NCBI RefSeq assembly: GCF_009914755.1
Contig: NC_060931.1
Strand: one strand, 5' to 3'
From: the human T2T-CHM13v2.0 reference genome, Homo sapiens
DNA length: 64,000 nt
Both the position numbers and the translations under genes were made by a program. Positions 16,430 to 30,334 of this stretch are shown here, in pieces; the stretch's first letter is position 1; the number at the start of each line of letters is the position of its first letter. Below the pieces are notes generated by a model. The model ran no database searches. It was not told the origin of the DNA and worked only from the letters and a program-made list of their open reading frames with translations.

Positions 16430-17620
16430 GCAGCAGCGACGGCAGCACGTTTCCCACGGGGGGCAGGCGCAATGCTAGTGCTCCTGTCTGTGCTTCCACT
16501 GCAGCCACAAAACACAACTGAGGGATTGAGGTTCCCTGCCCACTTTAGAGGCCGGCAAACAGGACCAGAGCCACAGTTGGGGAGGTGCAGGGCTCTGTAC
16601 CGCTGAGGCCACAGCACTCCCCAGCCGAATGCTGGTCGCCGCCCGACACGGGGAACAAGCCGATCTCAGAAATGGCCACAGCGGTGAGTTTCTGTGTAGC
16701 TCAACGCCTGTCTAAGTCCAGGGAAACTCTGGGAGTGGGTGAGTAAGAGAAATGACTGGCAGCTAGCTCCTCATGCCACTCCTCCAGCCCCTTCCGGAGA
16801 GGTGTGGGCTTAGAGAAACCAGGGCCTGGGGGACAGGACCAAAATGCCCTAGGGACGCGGAGCTGAGCTTACTTGATACTTGATGGAGAGGCCCTAAGAA
16901 ATATAAATGAACTAGAAATATAAATGAGCAGTTAGCAGCCCTGAGGACCGACCTGCGTGGCTGGCACCCAGGAACCGCCCTCTCCATCTGCAAGAGGTTT
17001 TTTAAACTATATTCTCCGGTGGTTAGTCCGGCCAGCCTCAGGCAAGGAGATTCTATGAAAAAGGAATTCATATCAAACCTGTATTTCTACTCTAACAAGT
17101 TTTTAATTTGGCATTTTGGTAGTAGATTCACCTGCTGCATTTTCTGGTGAAAACCTCTGCTCAATGTGCAAATCCCACGTGTTCGCTGTTGTTCTCACTG
17201 TTAAGCACATGTCTGGGCCGCGGGAGGCACTGCCCTTCCCGGCTGGTGTCCTCAGTACCCGCTGGGTGAGGAAAGTGCGCCCCCACGGCTGAGGTGGAGC
17301 CTGCCCGGCCCCAAGGCCCCACCGTTGTTCTAGGAAGGGCGCAGTCCCGGGGCGGCCCCTGATGCCCTGGCTCAGAAACGCAACCCGAGCCAGAAGTAAG
17401 TGATGAGGGGGTTGTTTTGCGGTATAACTACCAAAGAGGACTGATAGGCTTTATTTTCGATTCTGAAATCTCGCTTAATTCAGGTGGGAGTAACAGACCC
17501 AATCCCTCACCCCTCCCAGAGTACCGTGTTTTTCTCTGCCATGGCATCTGCTGATTTAGTTGTCATGTGTACAACTCTGAGCTCAGAAAACTGTCAGCTC
17601 CCTGGAGGTAAGGGACGTTG
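16430..17620 (+). promoter_or_regulatory. CpG-enriched promoter-like region with a candidate first exon
   Basis: About 40 CpGs in ~1 kb of non-repeat DNA (manual count) against CpG-depleted flanks. GC box GGGGCGG near 17348, E-box CACGTG near 17176. + strand GTRAG donor motifs at 16684, 16739, 17266, 17396 and 17608. Confidence 0.6.
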
Positions 17621-17669
17621 CCTCTTCGCAGCATGGGGGTCAGCCAGCCAGAGACTGTGTCCTGGGATT

Positions 17670-17890
17670 ATACTCAGAGTCTGGATGAAGACTGCTCGGG
17701 CTGTGATCCCAACTGTGCCATTTACTATGTTATCTTGGCCGAATATTTCAACTTCTTGCCTCAGTTTTCTCTCCTGCAAAGTGGAGATGACAGTATAAAC
17801 TCCTTCAGGGTTATGGTGAGGGTTTCACAAAATGACACCTACAAAACACAGCAGACTTTGACACATAGTATGTACTTAATAAATGTTCTA
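17670..17890 (+). mobile_element. MIR
   Basis: TGCCTCAGTTTTCTCTCCTGCAAAGTGGAGATGA core and ACATAGTATGTACTTAATAAATG tail. Confidence 0.85.
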
Positions 17891-19949
17891 TAAATATATG
17901 CAACACAGTGCCTAGCACATTCTTTCTGACAGAGAACGTCAGAAAGTTTTTGATGAATTAGGCAATCAATCAATTAATCATACTAAGAAAAAACTAGGAA
18001 GTAAGAAGAGGAAGAAAAGTTAATGAGTCATAAAGTACCCACATACTTGATGGAGAGGCCCTAAGAAATATAAATGAGCTAGGTTTCTCTAATGCCAACA
18101 AAAAGCAGGCATTTGAGAAAATTCATTCTCTCTTCTAAATTGTATTCATAATTTTGTGTGCATTTACTCAAAATGGCTTCAAATTATGTAAGTATCAGGT
18201 GTCTCAGAGCCTGGATATACCCTGCCTGGCACCTTTTGTTAAAGAACTGACATTTTTGGACTTTATTCAGTGCCTCTCTATTTTATAAGCACAAAACGGG
18301 GAGCTTCCCCTTTCCCCATTCTTTGGAATGGCATTGAGTCTCATTTACTACTGGGTGAACATGGCAAACAAAAGAAATATGTGATGAGCTACAAGCATAT
18401 CCTGAAGAGAACGAAGTATGCTGCTGTGCAAGTCAAGCCAGAATGCTGTGCAGGTGCCAGGCATTGTCAAGGAGCTGGAGCTGAAGGGACATGGGTGCCT
18501 TGCAGTCTGTGGGGTTTTGTTTATGTGACTGGAAACTCCGTTAAACAAAATCTTAATCAGATTGGACTTCCATTCACTGTTACTTTGGAAAGTCACATCT
18601 CACATCACTTCCCCATTCAACACATAGCGACAATTACTGAAATTTAAAACAAGCAAATGTGACCAAAGATTGCTGGACAAAACAGATCTGTATACTCATA
18701 CTGCCACCTTCATTCCAAAGCCACAGCGATTATCAATAAAATGTAAGAAGAGAAAATTGCCCATTTTTAATCTAAAATTCAAATGTAACTGTGTGTGCTA
18801 TATTTTACCTGTTAAATGTAGTAACTCATCAAGCATTTCTTATTTAATGAGAAAGTATCGATGGGCAGTAGTGAGAGGGGGACATTCAAGGACAGTAATA
18901 AAAAAATACAACTTAGAGGACATTAAACCAGATGAAGACATAAATAAACAAGACAATATGGGGAAGAAAAACAGAAAGTAGTGGTGGTTGCTGTAGTTTT
19001 TTTTTTTTTTTTCAGTTTTTGTACTACAAACTTGAGGGGAGCACAATTAATGTAGAACAAATTGGACACAAGTTTCACTGGGAGTAAACTGGCATTTTCC
19101 ACATAACATGCAACGAATAGTCCAATAAGGAAATAAGCCATGCACAGGAAATAAACTATAATTAGAAGGAAGTCACCGCCCATGGACTAGAGGCTAGCAC
19201 ATTGATGGCAGATATAGGCAGGAATTTTAAGTCGTCTGTGCCACAAACAAGGAATAAAGGAAAAAATGAGTCATGGATGAAAGGGTTAACTCAAGATTGC
19301 TATTCAAGGTATTCTGTGACTGATGATCTATTTTTTCTTCCACTAACTCTGGTCATCTATGTTGGTGAAAATTCTAGTATGTGTGTATGCTTTGTCTTCT
19401 ATCAGCTTTACTGACTAGAAACAGTGTGAACTGAAACAGCCAAGAGCTCATTCTCCCGAAGCCTGTGCCTACTGGTCTGGGGTTACAACACCTCAGGCCA
19501 CCAGTGCCTTCCATGCCCTTGCAGCCCTTTAGTTGCCCAAAGCAGAGAATAAAAAGAGAGTTACCACCTCCATTCTACCCCTAAGTACATAAAAAATAAT
19601 GAGTATAACGTAACATAACATGACATAATAATCCTTTTAAACTCCAATGCCTGTATATACTAATTTCGTCATATACAACTCATAGACAGTGAATGGTAAG
19701 CCAAACCCACGAAGCTCGTTTGAAATTCTCATTCATGCTATAATTCTGCATGTTCAAGGTTTAAAGAAAATATTTACCAGGGTTACCCACAGTTACCTCC
19801 CTGTCAAAAAAATGTGCTTATCACTGTCCCTCAATAGTTTTATTTCCAAGCAACAAGTTAACAGTCTTAGAATATCTACCTGTTCTAGATTTACCTTGAA
19901 GGCATAGTTGATCTATTTCCTATTTTTTCCCCATTGTATAGAGCACCCT

Positions 19950-20622
19950 TGACGTAAGTAATTTCATTTTAGAAAAAAGAGTCCATCTTACATTTCAAAA
20001 GGCATCATACCAACAAGAACCAGAGGTTCGCCTAATCCATAGAGGCTGTACCCAACCACAGAAAAACATAACTGGACATCAGCCCTCGCCAGAGGACTCT
20101 GTGGCCATAAAAAGAGCAGGACTTCACCAGCTCATGATGGCTGATTTGATACACTCCAATCTGGCTGTCACTTCTGATCACCATCTGTCAGTCAAAGGTT
20201 CTGCCCAAATCAAAAACTCTTCTTGGAAGCCATTGACTCCCACTCAGATCAAGCCATGACACTATCCTTGTCCACATTACTCTTCTTGGACTAGTTCATT
20301 AATCCCTTTTCCTATTTTATTCTCTCTTGACTTTAAATGTTACTTTGATGTGGAATGCTTAATCTATGACATTTATACATTGATTAAGTATACTACTACA
20401 TATGGTTTGCAACTTTGACTGTCTTGCGGAGTGACTTGAGACTATGTGTCCACAGCTCTGACTACTGAGTGAAATGGTGGTACTAAGGAAAATTGCTTCC
20501 TTGGGAATTCCATGTAGCTCATGGCTTTTATGATTGAGATAGCATCACTAAAAGTCTGACCTTGTGGAAAGACACGAATGTGCATGAACCTGGTTATGTC
20601 TGATGTTGTGCCACTCACAACA
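19950..20622 (+). mobile_element. Solo LTR, MER74-like (ERVL)
   Basis: TG...CA ends. TCCATCTTACATTTCAAAAGGCATCAT and AAAAGTCTGACCTTGTGGAAAGACAC motifs recalled from MER74-family LTRs. Confidence 0.7.
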
Positions 20623-20849
20623 CTCATGAAATGAGCTTAGTTTCTGTATGACACATTTTGAAAATTGAAGCTGTCCGACTGCATTCCCTTCACTCCTATC
20701 TCACTCTCATCACCTCATCCTGGATTACTAACATAAACTCTGTCACTGGTTGATCTCTCTTTGGTTTTCTCCCCATTACTCATTATTTTATTCATTCACT
20801 CTATTGCTCATTGATTCGGACATTTGCATATTAACGCACCCACATAATA

Positions 20850-21045
20850 TGTAATGTGTGTACTATGTATCAGGTACTGTCACATGCTTTAATAATCATA
20901 ATCATACTTACTTATTATGCAAAATATTATTAATCTCCCCAGTTACATGGCCAATACTAAAGTCAGCAATATTTTTATTAAAGTATGTCATCATATATAC
21001 AAATGTGAAATGAGATTAAATCCAAATTTCCTAATTTGAACTCTA
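20850..21045 (-). mobile_element. MIR (degenerate)
   Basis: TACTATGTATCAGGTACTGT...TATTATTAATCTCCCCAGTTACA resembles antisense MIR. Confidence 0.55.
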
Positions 21046-21179
21046 TCACATAAGAAAACTTTCCTACACTATTAGCAATCTATTTCAAAAGATTCTGGAA
21101 GAAAAAACAAACATGCAGAAAACACATATATTTCAGAAAGACATGCATAGGGCAATGAGTTGATAACAGGTATAACTAT

Positions 21180-21645
21180 TCATACTGGGTTGAATTGTGT
21201 GCCCCTTCTACCAAAAGAAATATTGAATTCCTAACTTGCTATAACTGTGAATTCGATCTTATTGGGAAATAGGGTCTCTGCAAATGTAATTAAGTTAAGG
21301 ATGTCAAGGCCACACTGGTTTCAAGTTAGATTTTAACTCTTTGGTATCCTTGTAGGAGAAGGAAGAAGGAGATTTGAGACCCAGAGAAACAGAGGAAGAG
21401 GCCATGAGAACATGGAGGCAGAGACTGGAGGGCAATCATGAACTAAAAACCACCAAGGATTGCAGAAGTCACCAGAGGCTGGGAAAGAGGCACAGCATGG
21501 ATTCTTCCACAGAGCCTCCACATGGAACCAGTACTGCCAAAACCTTGATTTCAAATATCTGGCCTTAAAAACTGTGAATAAATAATTTCCTATTAAGTCA
21601 CTCGGTTTGTGGCTATTAGTCATGGCAGCCCTAGAACACTAATAT
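21180..21645 (+). mobile_element. MaLR LTR (MLT1C/D-like)
   Basis: GGGTTGAATTGTGT start, GGAAATAGGGTCTCTGCAAATGTAATTAAG, and GTCATGGCAGCCCTAGAACACTAATA end. Confidence 0.88.
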
Positions 21646-23749
21646 GCTGTCTAACAGAAAATGTGTGGCTCCCTGTCCTAGACCAATATGTCGGATACAT
21701 AATTTGTGTGATATTTGAGCTCAAGAGAAGACCACCACCTTGGGAAGTAGCAGAGAGCCATTCCCCCTTCCTATATTTCTGTCCCATTCTCCCTTCCTAT
21801 ATTTCTGTCTCTGGTCATACAATTGGGCTTTCTGGCACACTGCTGTCTGTGCTAGAGGGTGTGAGGCAGAACATTCCTGTTCATGTGACTGTTCAGGTGG
21901 CTCTTTTGCAAGTCCAATTATTCCTATAGGTGGCTTTATTGAGTGTTGAAGTATCCAATAAAGACACTGCTTTTTTCTTATGAGATTGTATTTAAATTTT
22001 TAAAAATTTAATTATAAGATAGCCATCAAATATAATAAGGTCTTTATTCCTGAGGAAGTCTAAATGGGAGAATGTAGAATATGGTTACTGTAGAGAAAAA
22101 TGGGCTAGCCGACTGACATCCCAAGCTAAGCAGATGTGCACACACAGTTCCAGGGTCAGTAAGACTTCCTCCTCCTCAGGTACAGCAAATGGAGAAACAG
22201 AAAGCTGCTCCCTATAAGCACTTCCTGGAGCAAAATGGGGAGTTGAAACCAGCATGCCCACTTTAATCTCTCTAAAAATGCCAATTAGAATAAGCTATAC
22301 CTCCTCCCCTGGAGCAGAGCAAGAGAAAGGGTGGTAGATGCCAGATGGGTCTCACCAATGAAGTTGCCTCACCAAGGAAGGAAGAAGAATATCCTGTTAT
22401 AAAGTCACAAGCCTACATTTGAGAGGGAAAACCCACAGAAGAGCTTGGTGACCTTTCCCAAGACAGCTTTAGCAGTAATTATGACAATTAAAGTATGCTA
22501 AAGTGCTGTGTGAATGAATTATCCAATTAAAAGTCAGTCATTCTTTCCTCAGCGTCCTAATAACTTTTTGTCTATATTTTATCATAGAATTTTGCAAACG
22601 GTACTGGATATATTGGTTTACGTGTCTGATTTCTCCACTAGACTATGAGAACAAGAACACTTACGTATGTTATTGATTTCTATATTCTTAAATACATTGC
22701 ATGATTTTGCAGTTCTTTCCTTCATTTAAACCTTATCTCTCTCACTGAATTATTAGCTCTACACAACTTGCTGCACATCGCCTGAAACAACCAGAGCAGT
22801 AATCAATAAGGGCTGATTGACATCTTGTTTCCTGCTTGCTTCTTCACTTTTACATAGGGTTTCTGCTTAGATTCTGGTTCACATTTTCCTTGTATTTTGC
22901 AGCTCACTGATATGAAAGTGGAAGCAGACTCTTGGAAATTAAAGACCCATGTGAGCATAAATGCTTGAAACCTTTAATTTAAATCATAAACTGCACTTGA
23001 AACCTTTAATTTAAATTATAAAATATGTGCATAAGAGAATATAAACACAAAATGTGGCTTATGAGAGAAATAATCAAATGATACATCAGGAAAATATATA
23101 CACTGCACTCGTGATTGGTTATAATTAGAAAAAGGACTAAAGACTACCTTGGAAAAAGTTGAAAATCTTAAAACTGCCCAAACAGGGGCATCTTAATTCG
23201 TTAAAAACCACTGGCCCCCAGGGTATTTGAAAACAGTATGAGTAGGAGAAAGGTCAAGTTGATATTTGGAAGTGCCAGCCACTCTTATGTGGTGATTTCT
23301 ATATCCTAGTTTGACTGATTTGAACTTTTCATTTATTCACTCATTCACTCACTTACTTATTCAAGAAATAATTTTCTTATGTGTCAGAAATTGGAATTAT
23401 CTGCATATGGGAGGCGACTTGGAATGCAAGTTTATAGATTTTGTGCCTTGGGCAATTGTTAAAAATGTGTTTTCTCACTAGTTTGCCTCTTCTACGGTAT
23501 GGTTTCTCTTCAGTTATGAAGAGCAAATGATTTAGATCCACCTTAATCCCTACAATTCCCGTTGGCTCACTGGAAAGGTTGGTTATTCTCAGTGAGTTGA
23601 AAAAATATTTTCTTCTGATTCTTCTATTAAAATATTTATTTTATTAAGAAATAGAATAACTTTGCTTTTATGAAAGGTGTTCATAATTTGTATAAAGCTT
23701 AGTAATGTATGTTATTTTAAAAAAAACTAATATGAAATTCCTAAATTTG

Positions 23750-24037
<288 letters not shown>

Positions 24038-24454
24038 AAATTCCTAAATTTGTATTGTATTAAATTTGTGATGTGAAATACAGCCTGAGTGATAGTATCA
24101 TCACTATATGACGCTTAACATAATGTGACAACATATTTCAAAGTAGTAGTCTTTATGAAATATATTTTATATTTTTAACTAAAAAACTTCAGATATATGA
24201 ATAAAAATTTTTAAATAAATATTGTTGTATTTCTATTTGTCATGCACCCACTGTTTTGATTCCCTATCAAAGTATCCAGAATTTTTATTTCTAATGATCA
24301 CAATTTCCTAATAGCAATAAAGACTGAAAATTATATGTGGACTTTTAAAATGCTGAAACATATCTTTATAAGTTGGCAAAATTTGGGCTTTCAGGACAAA
24401 TTTTCTTCATAGAATCATCCATTCAGAATCTGATAGAAGAACATTTAAAAAGTA

Positions 24455-25055
24455 AAATATGTCCATCAACAGATAAGCGGATAAAGAAAATGTGGTACAT
24501 GTACACAATGGAGCGCTAATCAGCCATTTAAAAAAAATAAGATCCTATCATTTAAAACAACATGGATAGAACTGGAGGTCGTTATGTTGAGTGAAATAAG
24601 CCAGGTACTGAAAGACAAACTGCACATGTTTCACTTATTTTGGGGGCCTAAAATTTTAAAACGGTTGAACTCATGCAGATATAGAGTAGGAGGATGGTTA
24701 CCAGACGCTGGAAAAGGCACTGGCTGCGGGGATGCGGGGATGCGGGGATGCGGGGATGCGGGGATGCGGGGATGGATAATGGGTACAGAAGTGTAGTTAG
24801 AAAGAATGAGTAAGATCTGGTATTTGAAGTACAACACGGTGATTTCAGTCAACAGTAATTTATTGTACATTTAAAAATAACTACAAGAGTATAATTGGAT
24901 TGTTTGTAACACAAAGAAAGGATAAATGTTTCAGGTGATAGCTACTCCTTTTACCGTGATGTTATAATTACACATTAGATGCCTCTATCAAAATATCTCA
25001 CGTACTCCATAAATATATACACCTACAATGTACCCAAAAAAGTAAACGATAAAAA
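24455..25055 (+). mobile_element. L1MA1-3-like 3' end
   Basis: ORF2 C-terminus plus 3' UTR with GGATTGTTTGTAACACAAAGAAAGGATAAATG. Confidence 0.88.
24725..24772 (+). repeat. (TGCGGGGA)6 perfect tandem repeat
   Basis: Six exact 8-bp units counted. Confidence 0.97.
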
Positions 25056-25692
25056 GACCTTATTTTATGGTAGGAGAAAATTAATGTTTTAAAGTGAAAA
25101 GAGGCCTTATCATCATAGAGATCTGAGTTAAATATGAAATATACCGTTAATGAATTATAAGAATTCTAGTGGGCATTTTCCCCCTATAGCCTGGGTTTTC
25201 CTTCTATTATGTTGTCTATATGCCCAGTTTTGTAGGACTGCCCTTGTACATGCTTCTATCCTGGGTTCCATCATTTTTCTAATTTTTCTTGTTTTTTTTT
25301 TCTCTAGTTTTTATAAAGTTGTTTTGAAGTATCACTGATATAGAAATAGTGATTAGATATAGAAATAGTATATAGATTAAAAGTGAACTGCTTTATCGAT
25401 TTTCACAAAGTGAACACAACCATGTAAAAGTTCCCAAGATCTAGAGAGAGAATATTAGTGCTTCAGAAGTCCACTTTTTCCACTCCCTGTCCAGGTTACA
25501 ACCTCCTCTCTAAATAGCCCCTGTCTTGACTTATAACCATAGACATGCTTTACCTCTTTTTGAATTTTATGTAAATGTTCTTGGATCCTTTCCCTTAATA
25601 TTATTTTTTGTTGAGGCTTGTTCATTTTATTGGAGGTTGAAGTTATGCATTGATAATAACCACTGTACATTTTATGAATATATAACAACTAA

Positions 25693-26094
<402 letters not shown>

Positions 26095-26876
26095 CTAAAT
26101 ACATTTATATTGCTTCTAAAGTTAGGCTTGAATTTCAGGGTGATAAGCACTGTAAATTTAGAATCCCAAAGTGGTTATATCTGTATAAACCCCACCAGCT
26201 GTCTACAAGAGACCAATTGTGCCACATCTGCACTATTGTTGCTATTGTTCATCTTTTTTTATTGTATCTATTTTTGAGCATATATTAGTAATATTATAGT
26301 GTAGTTATAATTTGTATTTTTTCCAATAACAAATAATGGTGAAGTTACAGTCATTTGTCAAGTCTCTACTCTGTTCTTTTATTTTTATTACATTTATACA
26401 TTTATGCAAATATTTTCATGTTAGGTCTTGTATCTTAGTTATCTTAATATTTTCTCTTGATAAATAAGTTTCTAATTTAGAATTAAAACAAATTATTAAT
26501 TTTTTATAGCTACTGCTTTATAAATTCTATTTATGAAATTTTTGCCAAACCAATATCATGAAGATATTTATTCTTTTAGGTTTTCTAAAAGTTTTGTGTT
26601 TAAATCTGCAATCTATCTGGGATTGGTGACTCTTATATATTTGGCACACGACAGGGGTCATGATTCATTTTTTTTCCTTATGTGTACTTAATCGAACCCA
26701 CATACAAGAGAACACTTTTTCTACTACGTCACAATATTACCTTTGTTCTAAAGCTAATATTTCTATATTGATCAATGTTTTCCAGAACTCTTTATTAAGA
26801 AACCATTGACCTACTTGTCTTTCTTTGAGCCAGGGTCACACTTTCTTATACCACCACTTTTAAAACTATGTGATAT

Positions 26877-27776
26877 CACCTCTCACCATTAGGATGGCTA
26901 CTATCAAAAAATGGAAAGTAACAAGTGTCAGTGGAGATGTAGAGAAATTGGAACCCTTGTGCACTGCTGATGGGAAAATGGTGCAGCTACTATGGAAAAC
27001 TATATGGAGGTTTTCCTAAAAATTAAAAATAGACCTATCATATAATCTACCAATCCCACTTCTGCGTATATATCCAAAATATTTCAAAGTAAGGTGTTTG
27101 CACCCCACGTTTTTTATTGATCTGTATTCTACCTCAATAATAAAGTGGAAAATTTATTTATAAATTTATATATTTAAATTTATAAAGTTAAATGTAGGTA
27201 TAGGACAGGGATCATGTTCTATACCTTTACTGAGGCCATGGACATGACCTTAAAGCACTCTTCTTTTTAGAGGTGTTTGCACACTCATGTTGATATCAGC
27301 ACTATTCACAATAGCCAAGAGGCAGACACAACACAAATATTCTTTGATGGAAGAATGGATAAGCAAAATGCAGTGTATACACACAAAAGAACAATATTCT
27401 CCCTTAGTAAGGAAGGAAATTTAGTTATATGCTAAAACATGGCTGAACCTTTAGGACATTGTGCTAATTGAAATAACCCAGTCCAGTCACAAAAATACCC
27501 ATACTGTATGAGTCCACTTATGTAAGTTTTCTAAAGTAGTTAAATTTAGAAAAACAAAAAATAGAATGGTAGTTACCAGGAGTTAAGGAAAGGGGGGAAA
27601 AATGAGTTGTTATTTAATGGGTATAGAGTTTCAGATTTGCAAGATGAAAAAGTTCTAAAGATCTGTTTCATAACAATGTGAGTATGCATAACACTATTAA
27701 ACTGCACACTTAAATTATTAAGATGGTAAATTTTATGTTATTTTGGGGGGCTTTTATCACAATAAATTATTTAATA
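26877..27776 (+). mobile_element. L1MB-like 3' end with TSD TATGTGATAT (26867-26876 / 27777-27786)
   Basis: ORF2 C-terminus and 3' UTR (GGGTATAGAGTTTCAGATTTGCAAGATGAAAAAGTTCT) with an exact 10-bp flanking repeat. Confidence 0.88.
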
Positions 27777-28759
27777 TATGTGATATGGTAAGTTTCTGTG
27801 TCTTCAAGATTTTCTTGGCTATTCTGAACCCTGTGAATTCCCATGCATTTTTAAATTAGCTTATAAATTCCTGTAGAAAATGTTTGCTGGGCTATTTGGG
27901 TGGGATTGACTACATTAAATTATATAGATCAGCATGAGAAAATCTTTTATATCTACAATTTTAAGTTTTCTAATTATTAAAGATGTTATTTGTCTCCATT
28001 TATTTGTTACTTATGTAATCTCTGTTATATAGTTTTCAAGACAGAAGACCCATATACATTTAATAACATTTCTTTCTAAGTATTTAATGTTTTCCAATAT
28101 TATTGTGATATTTTGTCATTTGTATTTGTTGCTAGTGCATGAAAAGTACTTAATGTTGATATCATGTCCAGCAAGTTTTCTAAATTCATTGATAAACCCG
28201 AGTTTACCTTTTGCTTACTTTGAATTTTCTATGTACTCAATTATGTTATCTGAAATACGATGAGGTTTTTTTCCCTAGTCTTTAAATTTCTTATTTCATT
28301 CTTTTTTTAGTATTTTGGCTAGAACTGAAGTGTAATGTTGAATGTAGGTGTTAATGGTAGTCATGCTTTTCTGTAACTAACGTCAGTAAAATACATTCTC
28401 TTTACTCTTTTGGTTTCTGTGCTCTATTCTGGACATATTTGATTGATCTATATTCTCCTTCAATAATAAATTCTTTTGTGTTGTCTAGTAGCATGATAAA
28501 CACATTAGTTGAGTTCTTTTTTATTTCCAAAACTGTATTTGTTTATATATTTCAATTACATGGTAAATTTCTCCATTTTAAATATTTTATCCATCTTTCC
28601 ACTATTTGTATTCATAGCTTTTTAAAATTATTTTCTATTAACTATAATACCTGTATCATCTGTGAATTTGTTTGTAGTCTCATTTTATTCTTAGTTTTCA
28701 GTCATATGATCCTGTATCTTGGGATGCCTGGTAATTTAAAATGTAATGCCAAATGTTTA

Positions 28760-29650
28760 TAAAAATTGTGCAGATATATGCATATGTTCAGAAGAAAACA
28801 TTATATACGATTGTTCATAGCAGCAATCTATAACAGGCAAAAATCAGATACATTATAATGCTACAAAAATAGGATAAATAAATGACGATTCTTTCATATG
28901 TTGGAATGCTATACAGAAATGAGAACAAACTATTATTACATGTTGCAACAAAAGTAAATCTCATAAAAACAACATTTAACCCCCTCAAGAAAAGAAACTG
29001 TAAATAAAAGAGCATTTACTGTACAATTTGATTCAGGTAATTGTGTAAAAATAGGCAAATCAAACTGAGGGTTTTAGACGTTAACATAATGGTTACTTTC
29101 GGGCGGATAAAATTCCTGAGTAGGGCTTCTGAAGGGCTGGCAATGTCTAATTCTTAACTGTAAGCTGATTATACATCCATAGTCATTTTATGAAAAATCA
29201 TTGAGTCAGACACTTGTGTTTTGTGAATTTTTCTGTATGTATATTAAACTTTGATAAAATTTAAGGGGAAAAACTACACTGAGATATTTCTTTCATATCA
29301 AATTGGCTAACATTCAGATGCTTGACAACATAATCTGTGCTAGAGCACAACAGCAACTCGCATACAAAATGTTAACTGTGTAGAAGAGAATTTCGTGCTA
29401 TCCAGCAAAATTTCATCTGAATCACAATTTAAGGAACCCGAATTCTGAGTATGTACACCAAAGGCAAACTGGCAAATATACTGGAGAATATATGCATATG
29501 AAGTTTCTCATATGAAGCACTATAAGCAGGAGCAAAAGACTGTAAGTGAGCTGAATATCCACCAGTAGGGAACTAGATGAATAAGTAATAATTCAATAAT
29601 TCTAAAACTAGGTATTATAAAATAATATATGAATTCATACTGATCTATGA
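28760..29650 (+). mobile_element. L1ME-type 3' fragments
   Basis: TGTTCATAGCAGCA... and old 3' UTR-like sequence. Confidence 0.6.
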
Positions 29651-30334
29651 TAAATGCAGGACATCTAATTCCTGAGAAAGAAAGACTACCAGTGTGCTTT
29701 TGATAATGGCAAAGAGATGAATTACAGAAGTATCTTATTAAAATCATTTGACATCTGCTTAAGAGGATTTTTACTTCTGAAGCTGTAGTTATGCTGTGTT
29801 TAATTGAAAGTTCATAAATAAAAAATCACAGGGATTTTTTAGATAGCTGTGGATTAATGTTTCCAATCATTGTTTAATTTTCCTTTAAATATGGAATTTA
29901 TATAAGTTGTCCATTTGTTTATGGTGGAGATCATGCACACTGGATGTGCCCTAATCATTCCTTTGCATTTTGTTGAGTTTTTGTGTGTTTTTTTAGGCTG
30001 AATTTTATGCATACTGTGTTAGCTACATGTTTAATTTTTTATTGGTTCCTAGGGTTCTGTCAGAATCTACCCTTTTAAAATACAATCTATGTGTAAAGGA
30101 GCTGATACAATAGCAGAAGCCAAGTAAAGTAACATGAGACAGTTGTCCCAGACTAGCTGATGAGATATGGATCGAGGGAGGAAAGGAGGGGGACAAGGGA
30201 GAGCTGTAAACTGCGTGATGAAAAGAGGCAACCAGAGTGTCCAGACCATCCTTCTCATGGCCTTTAAATGGGCTTTGGTCACCCACAAAGACAGATGGGG
30301 AGCGTATAAAAAAGCCCTAACTACATAGAATTCT

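Noticed and set aside
16204-16617. 137-aa minus ORF with Ala/Thr/Leu runs
   Set aside because: It arises from GC-rich and (CAA)/(GCA) low-complexity sequence and has no recognisable domain.
18022-19273. Isolated AP-1 sites ATGAGTCAT
   Set aside because: Short motifs expected several times by chance, not supportable alone.
29980-30130. Possible + strand acceptors (TTTTTTAG, TTCCTAG) as exon 2
   Set aside because: No convincing donor or recognisable peptide.
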